64,000 bases of DNA from the NCBI GenBank assembly GCA_040905465.1, contig JBBDRK010000043.1, positions 38,818-102,817 of the forward strand. The letters are read 5' to 3'. The notes under the pieces were generated by a model. The model was not told the origin of the DNA, ran no database searches, and was given only the letters and a program-made list of their open reading frames with translations. The translations under genes were made by a program, and so were the position numbers. How positions within the stretch are numbered: the first letter of the stretch is position 1; every line of letters begins with the position of its first letter. Below, piece by piece: positions 54,015 through 63,672 of this stretch. This DNA is from Trueperaceae bacterium. Its GTDB lineage: Bacteria > Deinococcota > Deinococci > Deinococcales > Trueperaceae.

Positions 54015-56600
54015 CTACAGCTCGCTCTCCAGCAACCGCAGGCGTTCCCGCTGCCGGCGCACCAGGTTCGCCTCGCCGAGTTCGGCGTAGATTCCGATGA
54101 GGTTTCGGTGGGATTCGACGTCGTAGGGGTCGAGACGAAGCAGCGCTTCCAACGACTCGGCGGCTCGGCGCGGTTCGGACGAGTCTAGCTCCGCGAGGCG
54201 GCGCCAGAGCCGCAGCCGCAGGGCTTCGGCGCGGCGGCGCTCCTCGTCGAACCACTCGGGAAACTCCGCCAGGGGCTCTCCCGCGGCTATCGCCAGGGCC
54301 AGACGCACCCCCTCGGCGTCGTGCGCCCAGGCGTTCTCGGGAGCGGATCCCTCCAGCGACCGGGTGGCGGCCTGCTCGAACTCCGCGAGGTCGAGAGCCA
54401 CCGGATAGATCAACTCGACGGTGCCCTTGCGGCCCCCCACTACCTGAGCGCTCAGTGTGCGGTTGAGATGATAGAGCGCGGTCTGCAGGCTGTGGACCGG
54501 ATTGCTGGTGTCGCTCCAGAACTCCTCGGCCAACGTTTCGCGCGCCAGCGGGCGCCGGGCGAGCGCCAGGCGCAGGAGAAGCGCCGCACTCTTGCGGGTC
54601 GGAAACTCGGCCAACGTGAGGGCGTGGCCCAGGAAACGCACAGTGAATCCGCCGAAGGTCGACATGCGAAGCGGAAACAGTTCGACCGTGGCCGGGTCGT
54701 TCTGGGCAAGAGCCGCGAGCGCCGGCGCATGCTGCGGTGAATCGAGCAGGATGCGGTAGCCATGAGCACGAATCAGAGCCAACGATTCCTCCAGGTCGCC
54801 GGACGCCCCCCTGTGCAGGAGCGCCGTGGCGAGTTCGAAACGTGCCTCCTGGGTACGCGCCAGGGCGATGGCGTCGTCGAGCGACGGGCCGCGGTCGCCC
54901 GCTCGGCACAAAGCCTCCTCCACCATCGCCGCCACGCCCACCGGCCCGGCCGACCTGGCATGCTCGAGCGCTTCCTCCCGCTCGCCCTGCAGTCGCAACG
55001 CCCTTGCCAGCAGCAGCCTGGCCTCGGCGTGCAGATGCGCTTCGAGGCCCTCCTGGCGGAGCAACTCGCGAAGCTGGCGCCCGGCCGCCTCCGTCTGGCC
55101 CTGGCTAAGTCGCCAGAAGGCCAGGTTCACCTGGACGTAGCCGCTGGCGCGAGCGTCGTGGAGGGCTTCGCCGGCGGCCAGTTCCAGCTGGTTCTTCGCT
55201 TCGTCGGCGTTTCCGGTGAGCAGCAGCACCTCGGCGAGGTTGACGCGAAGCAGCGCGGTCGGCTGTCCCAAGGTCGCGAGCAGTTCGAGCGCTTCGCCGT
55301 AGCCGGTTCTCGCTTCCTGCAGAAGCCCGCGACGATGCCAGGAGAGCGCCAGCAACTGCAAGCTGCGCGCCTCGCGAACGTAGTCGGCCGCGTCGCGAAA
55401 GCTGCCGACGGCCAGGCGGAGGTCGGTTTCCGCCTGGGCGAAGTGGCCCTGCTGGATGAACACGCCGGCACGGTTGTGCCTTGCTTCGCCCTCGAGCCGC
55501 GCCGCGCTGGGCGCCCCCCGCTTTCCGCCCGCACCCTTGGCAGCCGCGCCGAACGCCTTGCGCGCGTCCTCCAGTTTTCCCCGCAGCGCGTAGGCGATAC
55601 CCCGGGCGTTGTCGATCCTCGCCCGCAACTCGCCCGCGGCCAGCGTTCGGGCCGACCGGTACTGGGCTTGCGCCCGCTCGAGCTCGCCCCGCAGGCGCTC
55701 GAGCGATCCCACCAGGTAGCGGTACTCGCCGGTTCCGTGCGTCCATGCCGGCAGCACGCGCAGCGACCGCCTCAGCCGCGCTTCGCCGTCGGAGGCCGTC
55801 GGCTCGTACCCCTGCGCCAGCAGTTCGAGGTACGCCTCCCACAGCTCCGCTTCGGCGAGGGCGGTGAGCGCCTCGTCCAGGTGGCGCCGGTCGGCGAGCG
55901 TGCGCGCCACGGCCAGCGTCAGCTCCTTCTCCGCCGGACCCGCCTCGCCGGCGGTGCTCTCCGAGTGAGGCGCAACCGGAAGCTGCCTCAGATAGCGGCG
56001 CAGCAGGCGGGGAAGGGAAAGCCCGTCGCGCTCCGGTCTCAGGTAGCCCTTGTTCAGAAGCTCGTCCACCTCGGCCGGTTCGATCGACAGGGGCAGGTAG
56101 TGATCGGGAACCAGCAGAGGCGTGATGGCCGCCCGCCCGAGGGTTTCCCGCAAACGACCCTCAGGCAGGAGTCGCTCGAGCGCGACGGCAGCCAGCGGGT
56201 GCCGATGAAGCGGTGTGGGGCAGTCGCCGATCCGCTGGGCCAACTCGAGCCCCAGTGGCCAGCCTCGGCACTCCTCGAAGGTCTCGTCGGAAAAGTTGGC
56301 GGGCAGGCCGTCCATCGCGTCCCGCCAGCCGGCTGCGTCGAACACGGTGTCCGATTCGTCGATAACCAGGAGTTCGGAGAGCGGCAGGGCCCGCGGGATC
56401 CGGGCGAGTTGAGACCGGCGCGCACAGATCAGCAGCGCCGGCCGCTCGGCGAGTGCGCCGGGATCGTGCAGCACCGTTCGCCCGGTTCCTTCGGCCCAGG
56501 CCCTCAGGGCAGCCTGCCCGAAGCCGACGGCAACGGGAGCGACCACCACCCTCGGGGCGTGCCTGAGGGCTTCCCGCAACTGCGCCGGGAGGAGAAGCAT
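54015..56600 (-). CDS. Large MalT-like STAND/TPR regulator with C-terminal winged-helix plus BTAD (SARP-type) module
   Basis: The N terminus aligns by eye to the MalT P-loop region but reads APVAVGFGQAAL (no Lys/Thr), followed by LLVIDESD. The central part has TPR-like repeats. The C-terminal ~250 aa read FGGFTVRFLGHALTL..FPTRKSAALLLRLAL...ETLAEEFW...LQTALYHLNR, then the BTAD-like ...LDPYDVESHRNLIGIYAELGE.... Confidence 0.7.
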   Translation of the reverse strand: MLLLPAQLREALRHAPRVVVAPVAVGFGQAALRAWAEGTGRTVLHDPGALAERPALLICARRSQLARIPRALPLSELLVIDESDTVFDAAGWRDAMDGLPANFSDETFEECRGWPLGLELAQRIGDCPTPLHRHPLAAVALERLLPEGRLRETLGRAAITPLLVPDHYLPLSIEPAEVDELLNKGYLRPERDGLSLPRLLRRYLRQLPVAPHSESTAGEAGPAEKELTLAVARTLADRRHLDEALTALAEAELWEAYLELLAQGYEPTASDGEARLRRSLRVLPAWTHGTGEYRYLVGSLERLRGELERAQAQYRSARTLAAGELRARIDNARGIAYALRGKLEDARKAFGAAAKGAGGKRGAPSAARLEGEARHNRAGVFIQQGHFAQAETDLRLAVGSFRDAADYVREARSLQLLALSWHRRGLLQEARTGYGEALELLATLGQPTALLRVNLAEVLLLTGNADEAKNQLELAAGEALHDARASGYVQVNLAFWRLSQGQTEAAGRQLRELLRQEGLEAHLHAEARLLLARALRLQGEREEALEHARSAGPVGVAAMVEEALCRAGDRGPSLDDAIALARTQEARFELATALLHRGASGDLEESLALIRAHGYRILLDSPQHAPALAALAQNDPATVELFPLRMSTFGGFTVRFLGHALTLAEFPTRKSAALLLRLALARRPLARETLAEEFWSDTSNPVHSLQTALYHLNRTLSAQVVGGRKGTVELIYPVALDLAEFEQAATRSLEGSAPENAWAHDAEGVRLALAIAAGEPLAEFPEWFDEERRRAEALRLRLWRRLAELDSSEPRRAAESLEALLRLDPYDVESHRNLIGIYAELGEANLVRRQRERLRLLESEL

Positions 56601-56719
56601 GAACCAGTTTAACGGTCGGCTTTTGAGGTTTTTTTGTGCGGACGCTCCTAGAATGAACGCATCTTCCCGTCCGGGGGGTCAGTGGGGCCACGAAGCAAAG
56701 GTCCAGGAGGGGTCTAAGC

Positions 56720-58486
56720 ATGCGTATGTATCTGCGTACCCTGACACTACCTCTGCTCGCAGCCGTCCTGGTTGCGTGCAGCAGCGTGTCGTCGAAGCCT
56801 GATGCGGGCAGTGATTCGTTCGACCTGCAAGGCGCCGGTAAGGTCAGCGACTGCGAGGCTCTCTACGCCAACGCGCCCGGCAGCACCCAGGTCTCCTCGA
56901 ACCTGCGTTACGGCGAGGTCGACACGCTGATCCTGTCGTTCCTGGAAAACGGCACCAAGGCCAAGGCGGTCGACTGGATGGGTATCGAGCTGGGCCTGGC
57001 GGTCGGTGAAGGCGTGGGCGTGTTCGAGAACCTGCCTATGGTCGCCGTCGAGACCTTGGTCACCCATGAGCTGGTCGAGGCGATCAGGTCCGAGTTCGAG
57101 CCGCAGGGGCTGCTCTCGATCTGGGGCAATGAGCCGCTCAGCTTCTTCCTCGACGAGAGCGTCTCGTTCATCGGCGCCGACGCCGCCCGCGAGGCCTTCG
57201 GCCTGTCCGGCGCGGGGGTGGGGGTGGCCGTCATCGACTCCGGGATAGACGCCACTCACCCGGACCTCAACATGGGCGAGAACGTGGGTCGCAACGTCAA
57301 GATCGTCGGATCGCCGGTCGAACAGCCGGTAGGCGGCTACCTTTACGTCGACGCCGAGAACACCGATGTCACCAGCGGCCACGGCACCCATGTGGCGGGA
57401 ACGATCGCCGGCCTGGGCACCGCCTCCGACGGACGCTACACCGGTGTGGCCCCGGGTTCGACTCTTGTTGGGGTAGGTACCGGGGATGTCATCGTCATCC
57501 TCTACGCGCTCGAGGGCTTCGACTTCGTCATGCGGCCCGAGATCCGCGAGGCGTACAACGTTCGCGTCATCTCCAACTCCTGGGGCACCAGCGGCCGGTT
57601 CAGCCCGTACAACCCGATATCGCTGGCTATCAAGCGTGCCTACGACGAGGGCATTCTCACGGTGTTCGCGGCCGGCAACGCCGGTCCCGAGAACGACACG
57701 CTCAACCCCTACTCCGCCTCGCCCTGTGCCATCTCGGTGGCTGCCGGTGACAAGCAGGGGATGCTGGCGGACTTCAGCAGCCGCGGGATCCCCGGCGACG
57801 AGTACCACAAGCCCGACATCACCGCGCCGGGTGTGAGCATCACGGCCGCTCGAGCCCTTACCGGCCTGGTTACCCCGCCCGAGACCGAGGACGCCTTCTA
57901 CAGCACGATCAGCGGGACCTCGATGGCAACTCCCCACGTCTCCGGCACGCTTGCCCTGATGCTCGAGGCCAGCCCCTCACTCACCCTGGAAGGCGCGTTC
58001 GACATCTTCGAGGACACGGCGCGGCCGATGTACGACGCCGACGGCAGCCTGCTCACCGAGCATGAGGTGGGCGCCGGTTATCTGGACGCATACGAGTCGG
58101 TCCGGCTGGCGCTCAAGCGCAACAAGGACAAGTACGAACTCACCACCGAATCCCTCGCTTCCTGGCAGGGTGTTGTCCCGCTCGGTGCCTGCGCCGTGGT
58201 GACCTGCCTGGTGCAGACCGAAGACGTCTACGAGCTGCAGGTGCCAGACGGGCTCGAAGCGCTGCGAGTGAGGATCGAATGGCTGGTAGCCGCGGAAGAC
58301 ATCGACCTCTACCTCTACGACCCTTCGGGCGAAGAGGCGGCGTCGGGGGCAACCCTCGCCGATCCCGAGGTTGCCACGGTGGTCGATCCGGCCCCCGGTA
58401 CCTGGAAGGTGGTAGTGCGCGGCTACATCAACGCCGCCACCGAATACGAAGGGACCGCCGAAGGAGACCTGCTGGTCAGACGATGA
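56720..58486 (+). CDS. S8 family (subtilisin-like) serine protease, lipoprotein, with C-terminal beta-sandwich (PPC-like) domain
   Basis: Lipobox LLAAVLVAC|SS. Catalytic triad contexts VAVIDSGID, HGTHVAGTIAG and GTSMATPHVSG. C-terminal LRVRIEW...DIDLYLYDPSG. Confidence 0.85.
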   Translation: MRMYLRTLTLPLLAAVLVACSSVSSKPDAGSDSFDLQGAGKVSDCEALYANAPGSTQVSSNLRYGEVDTLILSFLENGTKAKAVDWMGIELGLAVGEGVGVFENLPMVAVETLVTHELVEAIRSEFEPQGLLSIWGNEPLSFFLDESVSFIGADAAREAFGLSGAGVGVAVIDSGIDATHPDLNMGENVGRNVKIVGSPVEQPVGGYLYVDAENTDVTSGHGTHVAGTIAGLGTASDGRYTGVAPGSTLVGVGTGDVIVILYALEGFDFVMRPEIREAYNVRVISNSWGTSGRFSPYNPISLAIKRAYDEGILTVFAAGNAGPENDTLNPYSASPCAISVAAGDKQGMLADFSSRGIPGDEYHKPDITAPGVSITAARALTGLVTPPETEDAFYSTISGTSMATPHVSGTLALMLEASPSLTLEGAFDIFEDTARPMYDADGSLLTEHEVGAGYLDAYESVRLALKRNKDKYELTTESLASWQGVVPLGACAVVTCLVQTEDVYELQVPDGLEALRVRIEWLVAAEDIDLYLYDPSGEEAASGATLADPEVATVVDPAPGTWKVVVRGYINAATEYEGTAEGDLLVRR

Positions 58487-58540
58487 CGAGCGGTCGGCAC
58501 GGCTGACGTCCCGCCCGTCCCACCCGTCCTACGACAGATC

Positions 58541-58590
58541 GTCGCCCGCCCGGGACTGCTCCGGGGCGGGCGACGGTTCGGTTCGTTTCG
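58541..58590 (+). terminator. Stem-loop with U-rich tail between convergent protease and csaA genes
   Basis: GTCGCCCGCC (58541-58550) pairs with GGCGGGCGAC (58564-58573), and the stem can extend inward. It is followed by GGTTCGGTTCGTTTCG. Confidence 0.5.
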
Positions 58591-58620
58591 TCGAGCGGAC
58601 GCCTCAGCGCCCGGCAAGCC

Positions 58621-58971
58621 TCAGAACAGACGGCTGCCGTTCGGTACCTCGCGCTCCGGCTGAGCCAGCACCACCTCGCCGTCGGCATGCTCGAAGCCGG
58701 TGAGCAGGAACTGTGACTCGAAGCCGGCGATGCGCTTGGGCGGAAGGTTCACCACTCCGAGCACGCGCCGGCCCAGCAGCTCCTCGGGACTATAGAAGCG
58801 GGTGACCTGGGCGCTGGTCTGCCTCACGCCCAGCGCCCCGAAGTCCACCCAGATCTTGTAGGCGGGCTTGCGCGCCTCCAGGAACTCCTCCGCGCGCACC
58901 ACCGTGCCGGCGCGCAGATCCACCTTGACGAAGTCATCCCAGGAGATCCTGTTGCTTTCGTCAGGGTTCAA
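58621..58971 (-). CDS. csaA: tRNA-binding-domain chaperone CsaA
   Basis: [54 protein letters not shown]. Confidence 0.8.
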   Translation of the reverse strand: MNPDESNRISWDDFVKVDLRAGTVVRAEEFLEARKPAYKIWVDFGALGVRQTSAQVTRFYSPEELLGRRVLGVVNLPPKRIAGFESQFLLTGFEHADGEVVLAQPEREVPNGSRLF

Positions 58972-59027
58972 AAGTGCTCCGCTCGCAAACCTCTACCAAC
59001 CGGCTCGAACGCCGGAGCGAACGCGCG

Positions 59028-60257
59028 CTAGACCCGCTCGAACACCAGCGCGGCGTTCTGGCCACCGAAGGCGAAGTTGGTGGACAACACCCTGTCGACG
59101 CGCTTTTCGCGCGCCTCGTTGGGGATGTAGTCGAGGTCCAGTTCGGGATCCGGGTCGACATAGTTGCGCGTGGGTGGGAGCACCCCGCTGTCGATAGCCT
59201 GGATCGCCGCGATCGCTTCGATCCCGCCGGCCGCGCCCAGCGTATGGCCGGTCATCGACTTCGTCGAGGAGACGGGCGGAACCGACTTGGCGCCGCCCCA
59301 CACGGTCTTGAAGGCGAGCGTCTCGTTGAGGTCGTTGGCCGGTGTGCTGGTCCCGTGGGCGTTGATGTAGCCGATCGCCTCTGCACCGATACCAGCGGAC
59401 CGAAGTGCCCAGCGCATGCAGCGAACCGCGCCCGTGCCGCCGGGAGCCGGCGCGGTGATGTGGTGAGCGTCGGAGGAGGTGGCGTAGCCGGTGATCTCGG
59501 CGTAGATGCGCGCGCCCCTGGCCCTGGCATGCTCGAACTCCTCGAGAACTACGATTCCGGCCCCCTCTCCGGCCACGAAGCCGTCGCGGGACGCGGTGAA
59601 CGGCCGACTGGCGGTCTCCGGACTGTCGTTGCGAGTGGAAAGCGCCTTCATCACCGCGAAGCCGCCGATGCCCATGGGGGTAACGCAGGCCTCGGCACCG
59701 CCGGTGAGCATCAGGTCGGCCTCGCCGCGCTGAATGACACGGAAGGCGTCGCCGATCGAGCCGGCGCCGGTGGCGCAGGCGGTTACCACGGTGCTGGACG
59801 GCCCCAGCAGCCCGTAGCGCATGGCGACATGACCGCTGGCCATGTTGGCGATCAGTTTGGGGATGAAGAAAGGGCTCATGCGCATGGGGTTGCGTTCGAA
59901 GCGGGAGCGGGATTCCTGCTCCCAGGTCTCCAGGCCGCCGATGCCGCTGCCGATGCAGGTGCCGGTCTGTTCGCCCGCCAGCTCCTCTTCCGAGAGACCG
60001 GCGTCCTCGATAGCCAACGCCGAGCCCACCAGCGCGAGCTGGACGAAGCGGTCGATACGCTTGGCCTCCTTGCGGTCGAGGTAGAGGCCCATGTCGACGT
60101 CGACCTCGCCGGCGATCCGCACGGAGAGCTCGCTGGCATCGAAACGCGTGATCGGTCCGATGCCGTTGCATGCCTCATGCTGCGCCTCGAGAAAAGCCTC
60201 AGCGCCCACTCCGATGGGAGTGACTGGTCCGAGGCCGGTGACGACAACTCTCTTCAT
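59028..60257 (-). CDS. fabF: 3-oxoacyl-ACP synthase II
   Basis: MKRVVVTGLG.V.P.G, active-site TACATGA, HGTSTP and NSFGFGG-type C terminus (NFAFGGQN). Confidence 0.95.
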   Translation of the reverse strand: MKRVVVTGLGPVTPIGVGAEAFLEAQHEACNGIGPITRFDASELSVRIAGEVDVDMGLYLDRKEAKRIDRFVQLALVGSALAIEDAGLSEEELAGEQTGTCIGSGIGGLETWEQESRSRFERNPMRMSPFFIPKLIANMASGHVAMRYGLLGPSSTVVTACATGAGSIGDAFRVIQRGEADLMLTGGAEACVTPMGIGGFAVMKALSTRNDSPETASRPFTASRDGFVAGEGAGIVVLEEFEHARARGARIYAEITGYATSSDAHHITAPAPGGTGAVRCMRWALRSAGIGAEAIGYINAHGTSTPANDLNETLAFKTVWGGAKSVPPVSSTKSMTGHTLGAAGGIEAIAAIQAIDSGVLPPTRNYVDPDPELDLDYIPNEAREKRVDRVLSTNFAFGGQNAALVFERV

Positions 60258-60350
60258 TCCTCAGTTCCCTTGCCTTTCCGCCTACCGACCACTGGGAGGA
60301 CGGTGGGTCGGCGGAGGGTCCGCAGCCGCATGGCCGCGGAGATCGTTCCC

Positions 60351-60590
60351 CTACTGCTTCTTGGTGATAAAAGAGACGGCGTCGCCGACGGTGCGGATGC
60401 TCTCTGCTTCCTCGTCGCTGATCTCGATGCCGAATTCGTCCTCGAGTCCCATGATCAGTTCGACCACGTCCAGCGAATCGGCTCCCAGGTCGTCGACGAA
60501 CGATGCCTGCTCGTTCACCTCGCCCGGGTCGCTGTCCAGCTTGTCGGCTACTACTTCCTTGATCTTGTCCAGGATCGCCTGCTCGTCCAT
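60351..60590 (-). CDS. acpP: Acyl carrier protein
   Basis: 79 aa, with the [14 protein letters not shown] phosphopantetheine-attachment motif. Confidence 0.95.
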   Translation of the reverse strand: MDEQAILDKIKEVVADKLDSDPGEVNEQASFVDDLGADSLDVVELIMGLEDEFGIEISDEEAESIRTVGDAVSFITKKQ

Positions 60591-60673
60591 GATGCCTCCT
60601 TAACGTAAGTTGCAAACAAAGTGTGCCGCGATCGGCCCCAGTGTAGCAGGGGCAGGCCGCAAGCAATCTACCA

Positions 60674-61459
60674 TCAATGCATGACCATTCCACCGTCCAC
60701 GGGCAGCGTTTGCCCGTTGACGTAGGAGGCATCCTCGGAGGCCAGGAAGGCGACCACTCGGGCGACTTCCTCCGGAGTCCCGAAGCGCCCCGCGGGGATG
60801 CGGGAAAGATAAGTCTCGCGCAGCGACTCGCCCAGCTCGGCGGTCATATCCGACTCGATGAAGCCGGGAGCGACCGCGTTCACTGTGATCCCCTTGCCGG
60901 CATATTCCTGGGCGAGTGCCTTGGTCAAGCCGATCAGGCCCGCCTTGGCGGCCACGTAGTTCGCCTGCCCCACGTTGCCCATGATGCCCACCACCGAGGC
61001 GACGTTGACGATGCGCCCGAATCCGGCCCGCAGCATCGCCCGCAGCGCCGCCTTGGAGAGGTGGAATGCGCTGGAGAGGTTGGTGTCGATGACCGCCTGC
61101 CAGTCGTCGGCCTTCATTCGCAATGCCAGCGTGTCACGGGTGATTCCGGCGTTGTTCACCAGGACCTCCACCGGCCCCAGCGCCTCGGAGGCTGCCTTGA
61201 TCAGCCCCGCGCAGGCGTCGCCATCGGCCACGTCGGCGGCGAATGCCCGGGCTTCTCCGCCGGCTTCGCGGATCCGCTGCACTACCTCCTGAGCCGGACC
61301 TTCCGACCTTACGTAGTGCACCGCCACCCGGTGGCCGCGCGCGCCCAGCTCGAGCGCCATGGCCCGGCCGAGGCCCCGGCTCGAGCCGGTAACCAGTACC
61401 GACCTGACCGCGGACGTGCCCGGCGCGCCGCTCGGCGCCTTACCCGATTCCACGCTCAC
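60674..61459 (-). CDS. fabG: 3-oxoacyl-ACP reductase
   Basis: VTGSSRGLGRA, NNAGI, YVAAKAG, and position within the fab operon. GTG 61459 overlaps the fabD TGA (GTGA). Confidence 0.9.
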   Translation of the reverse strand: MSVESGKAPSGAPGTSAVRSVLVTGSSRGLGRAMALELGARGHRVAVHYVRSEGPAQEVVQRIREAGGEARAFAADVADGDACAGLIKAASEALGPVEVLVNNAGITRDTLALRMKADDWQAVIDTNLSSAFHLSKAALRAMLRAGFGRIVNVASVVGIMGNVGQANYVAAKAGLIGLTKALAQEYAGKGITVNAVAPGFIESDMTAELGESLRETYLSRIPAGRFGTPEEVARVVAFLASEDASYVNGQTLPVDGGMVMH

Positions 61460-62391
61460 AGTGCCTCCTTCAAAGACGCCGAGTCGATGACCGCCACGGC
61501 GCTGACGTCGGCCAGCGTTCGCTGCACCAGGCCTGTCAGCACCTTGCCGCTGCCGAACTCGACGAAGCGCCTCACGCCCAGTTGGTGGAGCGTGCGCAGC
61601 GATTCCACCCAGCGTACAGGAGAGGTCACCTGGCGTTCGAGCAGCGCGGCGATCTCACCCGCGTCCCTATGGAGCTCGGAGGTCACGTTGCCGACCACGC
61701 CGAACGAAGTCTCGGCGAACGAGACCCTCCGCAGGTCGCCGGCCAGCTTGCGCGCCGCGGGAGCCATGAGCGAACAGTGGAATGGGGCGGACACCTTGAG
61801 AGGAACCACCCGGGCGCGAGCCTCCTGTAACCGCTCGCCTGCCGCCATGACAGCGGCCTTCTCGCCGGAGATCACCGTCTGGCCAGGGGCGTTGAGGTTG
61901 GCGATCTCCACCACGCCGTCGGTTTCGCGGCAGATCGTGTCGATCAGGTCCGGATCGAGCTTGAGGATCGCTGCCATGGCACCGACCCCTTCGGGTACCG
62001 CTTCCTGCATGTACTCCCCGCGTTTGCGAACGAGCTGCACCGCGTCGCCGAGGGGAAGCGAGCCGGCCGCGACCAGTGCCGTGAACTCGCCCAGGCTGTG
62101 GCCCGCGGCGAAGGCAGGCTCCTCACCGCCGGCCTCGCGCCAGGCGGCGAAGGCCGCCGCCCCGGCGGCAACCAATGCCGGTTGCTGATTGGCGGTGAGT
62201 TGCAGCCGCTCTTCCGGTCCGTCCCACATTATCCCCAGCAGTCCCGGCAGCGCCGCCTCGGCCTGGTCGAGGGCCTGCTTGGCGGCGCCGCTGTTCTCGT
62301 AGAGGTCGCGGGCCATGCCCAGTACCTGTGAGTTCTGGCCGGGGAACAGCGCTGCCAGCGCACCGTCTCGGTCGGTCGAACGGTCGCTCAC
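61456..62391 (-). CDS. fabD: Malonyl-CoA:ACP transacylase
   Basis: LFPGQNSQVLGM, GHSLGEFTAL (active-site Ser) and VSAPFH. GTG 62391 overlaps the fabH TGA. The long upstream extension of the track ORF overlaps fabH and is rejected. Confidence 0.9.
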   Translation of the reverse strand: MSDRSTDRDGALAALFPGQNSQVLGMARDLYENSGAAKQALDQAEAALPGLLGIMWDGPEERLQLTANQQPALVAAGAAAFAAWREAGGEEPAFAAGHSLGEFTALVAAGSLPLGDAVQLVRKRGEYMQEAVPEGVGAMAAILKLDPDLIDTICRETDGVVEIANLNAPGQTVISGEKAAVMAAGERLQEARARVVPLKVSAPFHCSLMAPAARKLAGDLRRVSFAETSFGVVGNVTSELHRDAGEIAALLERQVTSPVRWVESLRTLHQLGVRRFVEFGSGKVLTGLVQRTLADVSAVAVIDSASLKEAL

Positions 62392-63470
62392 CCGCCGACC
62401 TCGGCCGACGCCTCCCCGACAGTCGCCGGGCTCTTGTCCACGTCGGTCGCGGCCGGCACTCCCTTGCTCCGTCCTGCGCCGGCATTGCCGTACCAGGTGA
62501 TCACCCCGGAAGCCCAGGTCAGTCCGCCGCCGAAGGTAACCAGCAGCAGCGAATCGCCGTCCTGGATTCGGCCGGCATCGAGCGCGTGCTTTAGTGCCAG
62601 AGGGATGGACGCGGTGGAGTTGTTGCCGTACTCGTCCACGGTTACTACTACGCGTTCCTCGTCCAGTCCCAGCCGTTCCCTGGCCGCCTCGATGATCCTG
62701 AGGTTGGCCTGGTGGGGAACGAACAAGCTTATCTCGTCGCTGTGCAGCCCCGCGAGCTCGAGCGCTTCGACGGTGGCGGTGTTCATGACGCGAACCGCGA
62801 ACTTGAACACCTCGCGCCCGTTCATCTTCAGCGTGTCGCTGAGCGGCTCGCCGTTGGGCAGGCAGCGGCCGACCGCCCGCATGTGCAGGTGAGCGGCACC
62901 GCTGCCGTCGGCGCCAAGCACCATCGAGCGGATGCCGTAAGGCTCGGGAACGGCTTCCAGGACGGCGGCACCGGCACCGTCGCCGAAGAGCACCGCTGTC
63001 GAGCGGTCCTGCCAGTCGACTAGCTTGGTGAGCGCCTCTGCGCCGATCGCCAGTACCTTCCGGCACTGGCCCGACTCGATATATGCGCGCGCCGCCGAAA
63101 CGGCGTAGAGCCAGCCGGCGCAGGCGGCCAGCAGGTCGAAGGCGCCGGCGTTCAGGTCGAACCGGTCCTGTACCAGAGCGGCTGTGGACGGGAACAGGGC
63201 GTCTGGGGTGTTGGTCGCCACTATCACCAGGTCCACCCCTTCCAGCGCCTGGGGCCCGTGCCGATCGACCAGATCCTGGACGGCACTGACAGCGAGGTCG
63301 CTGGTGAACTCGTCGTCGGCGGCCACATGACGGCGCCGGATCCCGGTGCGGGTCCGGATCCACTCATCGGTGGTGTCCATGATCTCTTCGAGATCCTGGT
63401 TCGTCAGGACCTTTTCGGGGGCATAGGCGCCAAGTGCCGTTATGCCGGCACGCAGCCTCGATTCGGTCAC
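62388..63470 (-). CDS. fabH: 3-oxoacyl-ACP synthase III
   Basis: DEWIRTRTGIRRR, ACAGW (active-site Cys), HQAN and FGGGLTW. It has a C-terminal tail of about 30 aa beyond the usual end. Confidence 0.9.
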   Translation of the reverse strand: MTESRLRAGITALGAYAPEKVLTNQDLEEIMDTTDEWIRTRTGIRRRHVAADDEFTSDLAVSAVQDLVDRHGPQALEGVDLVIVATNTPDALFPSTAALVQDRFDLNAGAFDLLAACAGWLYAVSAARAYIESGQCRKVLAIGAEALTKLVDWQDRSTAVLFGDGAGAAVLEAVPEPYGIRSMVLGADGSGAAHLHMRAVGRCLPNGEPLSDTLKMNGREVFKFAVRVMNTATVEALELAGLHSDEISLFVPHQANLRIIEAARERLGLDEERVVVTVDEYGNNSTASIPLALKHALDAGRIQDGDSLLLVTFGGGLTWASGVITWYGNAGAGRSKGVPAATDVDKSPATVGEASAEVGG

Positions 63471-63480
63471 TGGGCTGGGC

Positions 63481-63666
63481 CTAGGCCTCCGGGAGGACTT
63501 GGCGATCCTTGTAGTAGCCGCACTCGGGGCAAACCGTGTGCGAACGCTTCATGCTCTTGCACTGGGGGCATTCGACCAGCGTAGGGGCGGAGAGCGCGTG
63601 ATGGCTGCGCCTCTTGTCGCGTCTGGACGCAGAGGTGCGCTTCTTGGGTACTGGGTGTTTTGCCAT
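63481..63666 (-). CDS. rpmF: 50S ribosomal protein L32
   Basis: MAKHPVPKKRTSASRRDKRRSH...CPQC....H.VCPECGYY. Confidence 0.95.
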   Translation of the reverse strand: MAKHPVPKKRTSASRRDKRRSHHALSAPTLVECPQCKSMKRSHTVCPECGYYKDRQVLPEA

Positions 63667-63672
63667 GGGGTA

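Noticed and set aside
54762-56612. 616-aa ORF on the plus strand.
   Set aside because: It is antisense to the BTAD/TPR regulator, with an Arg/Gln/Pro/Gly-rich translation and no RBS. Shadow ORF.
58974-60608. 544-aa ORF on the plus strand.
   Set aside because: It is antisense to fabF and acpP, whose identities are unambiguous. Shadow ORF.
62392-63363. Extension of the fabD ORF to 635 aa.
   Set aside because: It overlaps fabH in another frame. The GTG at 62391 overlaps the fabH stop and gives a normal-length FabD beginning just before LFPGQNSQ.
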